A DNA stretch of 24,299 nt from a virus (taxonomy: Duplodnaviria; Caudoviricetes): positions 1-24,299 of the IMG/VR virus record IMGVR_UViG_3300044769_000229; one strand, given 5' to 3'. The position numbers were made by a program, and so were the translations under genes. The notes under the pieces were generated by a model, which worked only from the letters and a program-made list of their open reading frames with translations, made no database searches and was not told the DNA's origin. Of this stretch, positions 6,178 to 13,927 are shown piece after piece (the first letter of the stretch is position 1; the number at the start of each line of letters is the position of its first letter).

Positions 6178-8082
6178 ATGGATAAGGAAAACTTCAGCTA
6201 CTTCCTGCCGCTGTCGAAGGTCGAGAAGACCGACGACGGCCACAGGATGGTGTCGGGGTACGCGTCGACCCCGTGCCTCGACATCGACGGGGAGATCATC
6301 TCGCTCGACGCGATGAAGTCCGCGCTCCCCGGCTACATGGAGTGGCGCAACATACGGCAGATGCACCAGCCCCTCGCCATCGGCGTCGCGAAGGAAGCGA
6401 ACATCGACGACGTCGGGCTGTACCTTAGGGGGAAGATCGTGGACGCGAACGCGATCCGGCTCCTCGACGAGGGCGTGCTGAAGGGGTTCTCAATCGGCGG
6501 CAAGAAGCTGTCGAAGAAGGGCAACGTCATCACCAGCCTCGACCTCGTCGAGATCAGCCTGGTGGACCGGCCCGCGAACCCCGAGTGCCGGATCGACGCG
6601 GTGAAGTCCGCCGGGTCGAACAAGCTCCAGATGTTCAGCCGGGCGGAGGACGACGCTCCACCGGCGACGGAGTCGGAGACCTCGTGGCTCAGAAAGACCG
6701 TCGAGCGGCTGCTCGGCGGCGCGGCCACCCCGCCCCCGCGGAAGCCGCTGACGTTCCAGGAGGACGTCGGCCACGAGGACGACACCGACGACGTGAGGAA
6801 GGCGGCGGAGGCGAAGGCGAAGGAGGACGCAGCGGCGAAGGCCGCGGCTGAGACCGGCGCTTTCGAGCTCGACGCCGAGTACGTCGACATGCTGAAGGCC
6901 GCGCCGTCGCTGTTCGGCCCGGTCGTCGGCCCGGTCGACCCCGCGGCGTGCCCGGGGCTGATCGAGTTCGCGAAGTCCCCCGAAAGCATACTCTACCTCG
7001 AGCCGGAAGCCCGCGAGCGTCTGGCGAAGAGCATCATGGTCGTAAGCGACATGGCTTACGCCTTCGACGGGATACGGCGCGCGCAGCGCCGCCTCATCGC
7101 CGAGGGTGCCGTGGAGAAGGACGGCCAGGATAAGTCGCTCGCGAAGAAGTTGGGCGAGATCGCCTCGGAACTGGCCACCGTGATGGCGCAGAAGGCAGAT
7201 CACGAGGGGGACGAGGCCACGTCGCTGACCGACGCGGACGACATCCAGTCGTGGGAACTACAAGGAGCAGTGAAGATGAGCCAGAGCAACGACCTCGCGA
7301 AGCGCGGTGCGTCGGCCGACGCGATCAAGGCGTCCGCCGGAAGGGCGTGCGGCCACCTCGCGAAGGCGGGTAAGTCGAACGCGTCGGTGATGGAGTGCAT
7401 GAAGGGCCTCGGCCGGATGTTCGGCGAGCACGCGCAGAAGTGCGCCGAGTTCGCGAAGGCGGCGGACAAGGACAAGAAGGTGCCGCCCGAGTTCGACGCG
7501 AAGAAGGCCGCGTCGCTGGTGAAGGCCGCGTTCGACCACGCGGGCGAGTCCGGCGACCACATGGAGATGGCGAACGTCGCGATGGCCCGGCTGGCCAACG
7601 GCACCGTCACCGGCGACCACGGCGTCTCGTCCGTGTCCCCGCAGACGATGTCCGAGGGCGAGGTGCCGTGGTACGACGCCGCGAAGCCGTACGCCAACAA
7701 GGCGGCGACCGCCGCGGCCGAGGAGGAGGTCGAGACGCCCGCTGGCGGCGGCGCGAAGACCTTCTCGCAGGCCGAGGTCGACGCGCTCGTGAAGAGCGGC
7801 AGGCTCGAGGCCGAGAACGAGGTGCTGAAGGCCGCGCTCTCGAAGACGCCCGCGGGCGGCTTCAAGGCGCGCACCGTCATCGCCCCGGTCGGCGGCGAGG
7901 GCGACGACATGTCGATCCTGATGAAGGGCGTCGAGGGCTTCAACGCCGACGACCCGGACGCGCGGCGCGACACCGCTGGGAAGATGATCGGAAACATGAT
8001 CGCTAACTCCGGCCGCTTCGGGAAGTCGGTCTTCGACCCCGGCTTCCGCGGCCAGGCAGGTGTGAAGCGGCAGAGCAGCTGA
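6178..8082 (+). CDS. Prohead maturation protease (HK97-type serine protease fold) with long C-terminal scaffold-like region
   Basis: Motifs VSGYAS, D.DGE, IRQMH, LKGFSIGG and EISLVDRPANP in the first ~140 aa. Remainder is helical and A/K/E-rich. Directly upstream of the capsid gene. Confidence 0.9.
   Translation: MDKENFSYFLPLSKVEKTDDGHRMVSGYASTPCLDIDGEIISLDAMKSALPGYMEWRNIRQMHQPLAIGVAKEANIDDVGLYLRGKIVDANAIRLLDEGVLKGFSIGGKKLSKKGNVITSLDLVEISLVDRPANPECRIDAVKSAGSNKLQMFSRAEDDAPPATESETSWLRKTVERLLGGAATPPPRKPLTFQEDVGHEDDTDDVRKAAEAKAKEDAAAKAAAETGAFELDAEYVDMLKAAPSLFGPVVGPVDPAACPGLIEFAKSPESILYLEPEARERLAKSIMVVSDMAYAFDGIRRAQRRLIAEGAVEKDGQDKSLAKKLGEIASELATVMAQKADHEGDEATSLTDADDIQSWELQGAVKMSQSNDLAKRGASADAIKASAGRACGHLAKAGKSNASVMECMKGLGRMFGEHAQKCAEFAKAADKDKKVPPEFDAKKAASLVKAAFDHAGESGDHMEMANVAMARLANGTVTGDHGVSSVSPQTMSEGEVPWYDAAKPYANKAATAAAEEEVETPAGGGAKTFSQAEVDALVKSGRLEAENEVLKAALSKTPAGGFKARTVIAPVGGEGDDMSILMKGVEGFNADDPDARRDTAGKMIGNMIANSGRFGKSVFDPGFRGQAGVKRQSS
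7276..8082 (+). CDS. Probable nested in-frame scaffolding protein (268 aa, MSQSNDLAKRG...)
   Basis: Internal AAGGAG (7262-7267) lies 8 nt before an in-frame ATG and is encoded by codons atypical for this region (CTA CAA GGA GCA). Analogous to lambda C/Nu3. Confidence 0.6.
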   Translation: MSQSNDLAKRGASADAIKASAGRACGHLAKAGKSNASVMECMKGLGRMFGEHAQKCAEFAKAADKDKKVPPEFDAKKAASLVKAAFDHAGESGDHMEMANVAMARLANGTVTGDHGVSSVSPQTMSEGEVPWYDAAKPYANKAATAAAEEEVETPAGGGAKTFSQAEVDALVKSGRLEAENEVLKAALSKTPAGGFKARTVIAPVGGEGDDMSILMKGVEGFNADDPDARRDTAGKMIGNMIANSGRFGKSVFDPGFRGQAGVKRQSS

Positions 8083-8132
8083 GAGCCCGACGACGTACGG
8101 AACCGAAACACTGACAGAAGGAAAGTAGGACA

Positions 8133-9764
8133 ATGAACCAGATCGCAGCCGCGGCTCTCCTGAACGACCAGGACTTCATAAAGAGCCTCGCCACCAAGGT
8201 CGGCACGACCTTCAACCTCGAGAAGGCCGACACCATCAGCCAGGCGACGGGCCTGCTGTGGTACGACCTCTCTCCCATCGTGCAGATGCTCTACCCGTTC
8301 AAGGAGCTCATCCCCCTGATCAGCCGCCTCCCGCGCGTGCCGGGCGACGGCGGCAACGCGTACCACTGGAAGCGCGTCACCGGCGTGAACGTCAACAACG
8401 TCTCCATCGGTGTGTCCGAGGGCAACCGCGGGTCGCGGATCGCCATCACCGAGCAGGACCAGCTCGCCTCGTACAAGACGATGGGCCTCGAGTCCTCGAC
8501 CACGTTCGAGGCGCGGCTCGGCGCGAAGAACCTGAAGCCGGAGGCCCTGGGCATCGCGGTCCAGTCCACCCTCCGGTCCACGATGATCGGCGAGGAGCAG
8601 GCCCTGATCCTCGGCGACGCGTCGCTGGCGCTCGGGACGACGCCGACGCCGACCCTCTCGAAGGGCGGCACGGCGGGCAACTGGGGCGGCACCGTCACGG
8701 TGTACGTCATCTGCGTCGCGCTGGCCGGGTACGGCTGGCTCACCTACACGCCGTACAGCTCGGTCACCGGGAACGGCGGCGTGCTCGGCCAGGTCACGAA
8801 GATCAACGCCGACGGGTCGTCCGACACGTTCGGCGGCGGGTCAGCGCAGCCCTCGGCCGAGGCCAGCATCGCGTCGGTCGCGACCGGCGAGGTGGTTACT
8901 GCCACGGTCACGCCGGTTGTCGGCGCGGTCGGCTACGCGTGGTACGCCTGGACGACGACCGGCCTCGAGAAGCTGGTCGCCCTCACCCAGTCGAACCAGA
9001 TCAAGATCACGCAGAACCCCGCATCGACGGCGCAGCCCGTCACGGCCCTGCAGGTCTCCGGGTCGTACGCGGACAACTCGCAGAACACCCTCATTCCGGA
9101 CGGCATCCTGACCCAGATGTTCGGGTCGGTGTTCGGGTCGGGGTACTCCACCACGATGGCCACCAACCCGAACTTCCCGGCGGTCATCACGGCGGGCGAC
9201 ACCATCGCGACGTCGGCGGGCGGCTCCATCGTCTACACGAAGGTGGCCGGCAACACCGGCATCACCATCGACGGGACGAACATCAAGGAGTTCGACGCCG
9301 TCCTCCAGGCCGCCTACGACCAGTACAAGGTCGGGTTCGACCGCATCCTGATGAGCTCGCAGGACATCGCCAGCTTCATCGGGACGTTCTTCGGGCAGAA
9401 CGCTGCGGCCCAGTTCCGCATCCTGTTCGACGCGGAGAGCGAGTCGGGCCGCATCGTCGCGGGCCGCAGGGTCACGTCGTACATGAACAAGTTCTTCAAC
9501 AACACGCTGGACATCGAGGTCCACCCGTTCGTCCCGCCGGGCACGATCATCTTCTGGTCGGACCGCATCCCGTACGAGCTGAGCGGCGTGGGCAACATCC
9601 TCGAGGCGAAGGTGAGGCAGGACTACTACCAGATCGAGTGGCCGCTGCGGACGCGCCGGTACGAGTACGGCGTGTACGTCGACGAGGTCTTCGCGTGCTA
9701 CTTCACGCCGGGCTACGCGGCCATCACCAACCTCAACCCGCCGACCGGCACGAAGCAGGTCTAA
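8133..9764 (+). CDS. Major capsid protein (543 aa, with a large central beta-rich insertion)
   Basis: Follows the protease/scaffold, has a purine-rich SD, strong codon bias and a downstream hairpin. Capsid-like termini (GLLWYDL..., IEVHPFVPPGTIIF, GVYVDEVFACYFTPGYAAITNL). Confidence 0.88.
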   Translation: MNQIAAAALLNDQDFIKSLATKVGTTFNLEKADTISQATGLLWYDLSPIVQMLYPFKELIPLISRLPRVPGDGGNAYHWKRVTGVNVNNVSIGVSEGNRGSRIAITEQDQLASYKTMGLESSTTFEARLGAKNLKPEALGIAVQSTLRSTMIGEEQALILGDASLALGTTPTPTLSKGGTAGNWGGTVTVYVICVALAGYGWLTYTPYSSVTGNGGVLGQVTKINADGSSDTFGGGSAQPSAEASIASVATGEVVTATVTPVVGAVGYAWYAWTTTGLEKLVALTQSNQIKITQNPASTAQPVTALQVSGSYADNSQNTLIPDGILTQMFGSVFGSGYSTTMATNPNFPAVITAGDTIATSAGGSIVYTKVAGNTGITIDGTNIKEFDAVLQAAYDQYKVGFDRILMSSQDIASFIGTFFGQNAAAQFRILFDAESESGRIVAGRRVTSYMNKFFNNTLDIEVHPFVPPGTIIFWSDRIPYELSGVGNILEAKVRQDYYQIEWPLRTRRYEYGVYVDEVFACYFTPGYAAITNLNPPTGTKQV

Positions 9765-9773
9765 GGGGCAGGG

Positions 9774-9820
9774 GCGCGGCGGGGCGGTCGGTCTTCCTGG
9801 GCCGCCCCGACGTTCCGCGC
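9774..9820 (+). terminator. GC-rich stem-loop after the capsid gene (no U-tract; mRNA stabiliser or partial terminator)
   Basis: CGGGGCGGTC (9780-9789) pairs with GGCCGCCCCG (9800-9809, one G-U). Extended by GCGCGG (9774-9779) / CCGCGC (9815-9820). Confidence 0.5.
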
Positions 9821-9857
9821 AGCGATCCACAGGAAGCAGGAAGAAGGAACGACGAGA

Positions 9858-10343
9858 ATGAGCAGGTTTAGGGTAGCGGACGACTGCACGGGCATCAACG
9901 TCGAGCACCAGGACTTCAAGGTGGACCACGCCACGATCACCACGAACGGGAAGCCGGAGAGGGTGGCGTCGGTCCGCGTCCCCGACGCGCTCGACGCTCG
10001 GATGGTGAAGATGGGCTTCGTCCGCGTCGGCGCGCACCCGGGCGACCACGGCCCGCCGAAGAACGAGAAGGGCGAGCGGACCGACGGCCCGACGCTCGCG
10101 GAGTACATCGCCGCTGGCTACACCGCGGAAGCGTACCCGCCGCAGGGCTACGCCTCGAAGGAGGACCCGAAGGAGCTGAAGAAGGCGCAGGCCGAGGCGA
10201 AGAAGAAGCGCGAGGCCGACGAGAAGGCGCAGGCCGACGCCGACGCCCAGAAGGCGAAGGACGAGCAGGCTGCGAAGGACGCGGCCGACGCGAAGGCCAA
10301 GCTGGCGGACGCGGGAGCTGCCGCAGCCGCAGCGAAGAAGTAA
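9858..10343 (+). CDS. Hypothetical protein (161 aa) with GPTLAEYIAAGY..E.YPP.GY motif and A/K/E-rich helical tail
   Basis: Purine-rich SD, typical codon usage, located between capsid and adaptor genes. Confidence 0.85.
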   Translation: MSRFRVADDCTGINVEHQDFKVDHATITTNGKPERVASVRVPDALDARMVKMGFVRVGAHPGDHGPPKNEKGERTDGPTLAEYIAAGYTAEAYPPQGYASKEDPKELKKAQAEAKKKREADEKAQADADAQKAKDEQAAKDAADAKAKLADAGAAAAAAKK

Positions 10344-10355
10344 GGAGCGACTCGC

Positions 10356-11156
10356 ATGCCGGTCGGCGACATGACGACCCTCGCGAACGTGAAGGCGTGG
10401 CGCACGCCTCAGATAGCCGCGTCGGCCGACGACGCGCAGATCAGGCGCGAGATCACGGCCGCGTCGCGGGCGATACTGCAGCAGCTCAACAGGAGCTCGC
10501 TGTCGGTCGCCAATATCGTCGAGACGAGGAACGGCCAGGGCACGCAGGGCATCATGCTGCGTAACTACCCGGTCATCTCGATCAGCTCCGTGTCGGTGGA
10601 GGGGCAGACCATCGCGGCTGCCCCTCTCACCTCGAACTCGGGGTGGGTCTTCTCGCCGAGCGACGGGATGCTGTACCTGCGCGGGTACTCCTTCCCGTGC
10701 GGCGTCCAGAACATCACCATCAGCTACCGCGCCGGGTTCCTCGCCTCGGGCGAGCAGATCGCCGTGCCGGCCACCCCGTTCCGGTTCAACTGCTCGGACC
10801 TCTACGAGGCGTGGGCGTCCGACCAGGGCGTGACCTACTCGGACGGCACCGCCCTCACCGCGGTCGCGTCCGGCCCGACCGTGGGGCAGTACGTCGCGCC
10901 GACGTCGCCCGACGGCTACTACCAGTTCGCGGCGGCCGACACCGGCATCTTCCTCCTCGTCAGCTACGGCTACACGCCGCGCGACCTCGAGCAGGCGTGC
11001 ATCGAGCTCGTCTGCCTCGAGTACAACCGGCGCAGCCGGATCGGGACGACGTCCGAGTCGCTCGCGGGGCAGACCGTCAGCAGCTACACGCAGCAGGGCT
11101 TCCCGAGCCACATCGCGAAGAAGCTCTGGTCGTACACGAGCGTGGTGCCCAACTGA
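10356..11156 (+). CDS. Head-tail adaptor (HK97 gp6/SPP1 gp15-like) with inserted beta-domain
   Basis: Motifs MTTLANVKAW, D..I...I.AASR.I, NITISYRAGF, P.DLEQACIELV and L.SY. SD TAAGGAG at 10341-10347. Confidence 0.85.
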   Translation: MPVGDMTTLANVKAWRTPQIAASADDAQIRREITAASRAILQQLNRSSLSVANIVETRNGQGTQGIMLRNYPVISISSVSVEGQTIAAAPLTSNSGWVFSPSDGMLYLRGYSFPCGVQNITISYRAGFLASGEQIAVPATPFRFNCSDLYEAWASDQGVTYSDGTALTAVASGPTVGQYVAPTSPDGYYQFAAADTGIFLLVSYGYTPRDLEQACIELVCLEYNRRSRIGTTSESLAGQTVSSYTQQGFPSHIAKKLWSYTSVVPN

Positions 11157-11650
11157 TGCGCATCCGCACCAACGTCATAGGCACCCACGCCGTCGAGGCC
11201 TACCTCGACACCGAGTACGAGAAGAAGTACGACGCGCTCCTGCGCGTGATGACGAAGCTCGGGCTCCAGCTGCGCGGGATCGTCGTCGACGACAAGCTGT
11301 CGGGCCAGGTCCTGAAGCGCCGCACCGGCAACCTCGCGCGGTCGGTCATCGACGAGTCCCCGCAGGTCGACGAGGAGGCCACGAAGATCACGTCGGCGGT
11401 CGGCTTCAACGAGCGCACGACGCCCTACGGGAAGTTCCACGAGTTCGGCGTGAACCACTCGTGGGTGATCGAGGCGAAGCGAGCGAAGGCGCTCAGGTTC
11501 AAGCTGGGCGGGTCGAGCAAGTTCTCGTTCGCGAAGCGCGTGACGCACCCCGGGCTGCCCGAGCGCTCGTTCCTCCGGTCGTCGCTCACCGACATATCGC
11601 CGCGCGTCGCGCCGACCATCGCGTCCGAGCTCGGAGGGCAGCCCGGGTGA
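11156..11650 (+). CDS. Neck/tail-completion protein (HK97 gp10 / Mu gpG-like), 164 aa
   Basis: TGATG-coupled start (corrected from the ORF track). Motifs RTGNLARS, YGKFHEFG and PERSFLRSSL. Confidence 0.82.
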   Translation: MRIRTNVIGTHAVEAYLDTEYEKKYDALLRVMTKLGLQLRGIVVDDKLSGQVLKRRTGNLARSVIDESPQVDEEATKITSAVGFNERTTPYGKFHEFGVNHSWVIEAKRAKALRFKLGGSSKFSFAKRVTHPGLPERSFLRSSLTDISPRVAPTIASELGGQPG

Positions 11651-12306
11651 ACACGAACTTCGAGGCCATCTACGCCGCGCTCTCCAGGCTCCTCGTCGAC
11701 GCCGGGCACGCCAACGTGACCGCCGACTCCTCGGTCGGGTCTCAGACCCTCACCGGGATCGCCGACACCGCCCCCCTGGTCCCCGGCCTCGCGGTGACGA
11801 ACCCCGGGCTGCCCATCGGCACCGTGGTGCTGTCGACGGGGTCGGGCACCGCGCTCCTCAGCCAGGCGGCCACGCTCGACGCGACAGGGGGGACGTTCCG
11901 CGCCGGGTACCTCGGCGACGACTACCTCCGCACGCGGCTGCTGCGGCACTGGACCGACGTCCCGGGCAGCGAGCAGCCGTGCATGTTCGTGGCCCAGGGC
12001 GACGAGCTGTCGGAGAAGCGGCCGGGGCAACCGGCGAAGTGGACCCTCTTCCCGACCGTGTACGTCTACGTGCAGGCACCCGACGACCGGACGCCGCCCG
12101 GCCCCGCGCTCAACGCGCTGCTCGGCACGATCCGGGACGCGCTCGGGCCGGACCGCAGCGGACCCGGGAGGGTGCAGAACCGCCAGACCCTCGGCGGCCT
12201 CGTGTTCGACACGTGGATCGAGGGGAAGATCGAGACCGACGAGGGATACCTGGGACAGCAGGCCGTCGCCAAGGTTCCCATCCGCATCATCCAGAACGGC
12301 CCCTAA
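11647..12306 (+). CDS. Tail terminator-like protein with inserted beta-domain, 219 aa
   Basis: GTGA-coupled start preceded by GGAGG. Directly before the tail tube gene. Motifs EAIYAAL, RHW.DV...QP.MF and QTLGGLV....IEG.I. Confidence 0.72.
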   Translation: MNTNFEAIYAALSRLLVDAGHANVTADSSVGSQTLTGIADTAPLVPGLAVTNPGLPIGTVVLSTGSGTALLSQAATLDATGGTFRAGYLGDDYLRTRLLRHWTDVPGSEQPCMFVAQGDELSEKRPGQPAKWTLFPTVYVYVQAPDDRTPPGPALNALLGTIRDALGPDRSGPGRVQNRQTLGGLVFDTWIEGKIETDEGYLGQQAVAKVPIRIIQNGP

Positions 12307-12323
12307 GAAGGAGAGACTACACC

Positions 12324-13286
12324 ATGAGCTTGCAGAACGCAGTCCCGCAGGCCGTCTTCGGTCCCGGTTCGCTGTACGTGACGCGCATCGACCTGGACGA
12401 CCAGACGCCGTACAACATCGGATACGCGCAGGAGTTCTCCTACGACGAGTCGGGCGAGACGAAGGAGCTGTACGGCCAGAAGCAGTACCCGCTCGTGATC
12501 GCCCGCGGCACGCTGAAGGCGTCCGGCAAGATCAAGGCGGCGACGCTCTCCGGCCTCGCGCTGAACGCTGTGTTCGGCGGCGGCACGTTCACGGACGGCC
12601 AGATCAAGATGGCCCAGGCCGAGGCGCACGACGTCCCGGCCGCGGCGACGGCGACGATGGACGCGGCGAACATGAGCACCGCCGTGTACCCGGTCGCGGC
12701 GACCACCAACGCCGTCGTCGGCGCGGTGTTCACGGGTCACGCGAACATCCCCGACGGCTCGTACGTCGTCTCGGTCAGCGCCGGTGTCTCGTTCACCGCC
12801 AACGTCGCGGCCACGGGCACGGTCCCGGATATGACCGTGCTCACGTTCGCCCCGAACGTGACGGTGGATCACGCGGCCGACTTCAACCTCGACCTCGGCG
12901 TCCTGAACGGCGCGACCACCATCCCGCTTCTGCTCAGCACGGGCGTCGTCGGCGCGGGCATGTACGCCGTGCACGACGGCGTCTACTCGTTCAACAGCGC
13001 CGAGGTGGCGGCCGAGGCGCTGATCACCTACGCTTACGACGACGCGTCCGGGGGGCAGACGGTCCTCGTCGTGAACCAGAACATCGGGACCACCCCGGCG
13101 TTCCAGCTCGACTACGTCTCCGAGCTCTACGGCGACAGCTACTACGTTCGGATGTTCGCCGCGGTCTCGAACAAGCTGACCCGCGCGCACAAGCTGACCG
13201 ACTTCGTGATGCCCGAGATCGACTTCGGGTTCTTCGCGCTCGGCAACGGCAACGTGTACGAGATCAGCTACGCAAAGAAGTCCTAA
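12324..13286 (+). CDS. Major tail (tube) protein, 320 aa
   Basis: SD AAGGAG at 12308-12313. Motifs FGPG.LY, KELYGQKQYP..IARG..K..GK.K and K..DF..PE.DF. Followed by chaperone and tape measure genes. Confidence 0.85.
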   Translation: MSLQNAVPQAVFGPGSLYVTRIDLDDQTPYNIGYAQEFSYDESGETKELYGQKQYPLVIARGTLKASGKIKAATLSGLALNAVFGGGTFTDGQIKMAQAEAHDVPAAATATMDAANMSTAVYPVAATTNAVVGAVFTGHANIPDGSYVVSVSAGVSFTANVAATGTVPDMTVLTFAPNVTVDHAADFNLDLGVLNGATTIPLLLSTGVVGAGMYAVHDGVYSFNSAEVAAEALITYAYDDASGGQTVLVVNQNIGTTPAFQLDYVSELYGDSYYVRMFAAVSNKLTRAHKLTDFVMPEIDFGFFALGNGNVYEISYAKKS

Positions 13287-13313
13287 GCCGAACCACAGGA
13301 AGGGTGCGGGAAG

Positions 13314-13649
13314 ATGACAGTCAGGAAGATAGTCCTCGGCGGCAAGGAGTACGAGTTCAAGCCGCTGAACCTCGGGCAGATGAAGGCCGTCGGGATCGGC
13401 TCCGCGAAGCAGCAGCGGAAGGCCTCGGACCCGGCGGCCGAGGAGGCGAACTGGTACGACGGCAGCTTCGACGTGATCGCGGCGGCGCTGGGGAAGACGG
13501 TCGACGAGGTGATGAAGATCGAGGGCGTGACGCTCCCCGAGCTCCTCGAGTGCAACCGGACGATCTTCGAGTCGTGCGGCCTCATCAAGGTGAAGCCGCC
13601 GGTCGCGCTGGGTTCCGCGTCGGGGGAAGCGACGGGAGCGGCTGGCTAG
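13314..13649 (+). CDS. Tail assembly chaperone (lambda gpG-equivalent)
   Basis: 111 aa starting IVLGGKEYEFKPL, between tube and tape measure genes, with a slippery sequence near its end. Confidence 0.8.
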   Translation: MTVRKIVLGGKEYEFKPLNLGQMKAVGIGSAKQQRKASDPAAEEANWYDGSFDVIAAALGKTVDEVMKIEGVTLPELLECNRTIFESCGLIKVKPPVALGSASGEATGAAG

Positions 13650-13927
13650 ACAGGGTCTACGCGAGGCTGGCTTCCTCGCTGAAGTGGACCTTCTCTGCGA
13701 TAGACAGCCTGACGCTCCCGGAAGCCGAGGCCATATTCGTTCACTGGCAGACGTACCCGCCGGAGAACGAGCTGGCCGCGATCCGAATGGGCTACGGCAA
13801 GGAGCTCACGATGGAGGAAAAGATCAAGCTGGGCGCGGCCGGACCCGCCGACCTCCTCGCCCGCGCGGGGCGGAAGGGCAAGTTCGTGCACAGGCTCGGC
13901 GGCGGCGGTAAGGGGAAGGCGAACTGA
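13622..13927 (+). CDS. -1 frame extension of the chaperone (gpGT-equivalent, ~204-aa fusion product starting at 13314)
   Basis: G GGG GAA at 13622-13628 leads into an open -1 frame (GSDGSGWLDRVYARLASSLKW...LTL...W..YPP) with no good start of its own. Its stop overlaps the tape measure ATG (TGATG). Confidence 0.75.
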   Translation, partial: GGSDGSGWLDRVYARLASSLKWTFSAIDSLTLPEAEAIFVHWQTYPPENELAAIRMGYGKELTMEEKIKLGAAGPADLLARAGRKGKFVHRLGGGGKGKAN

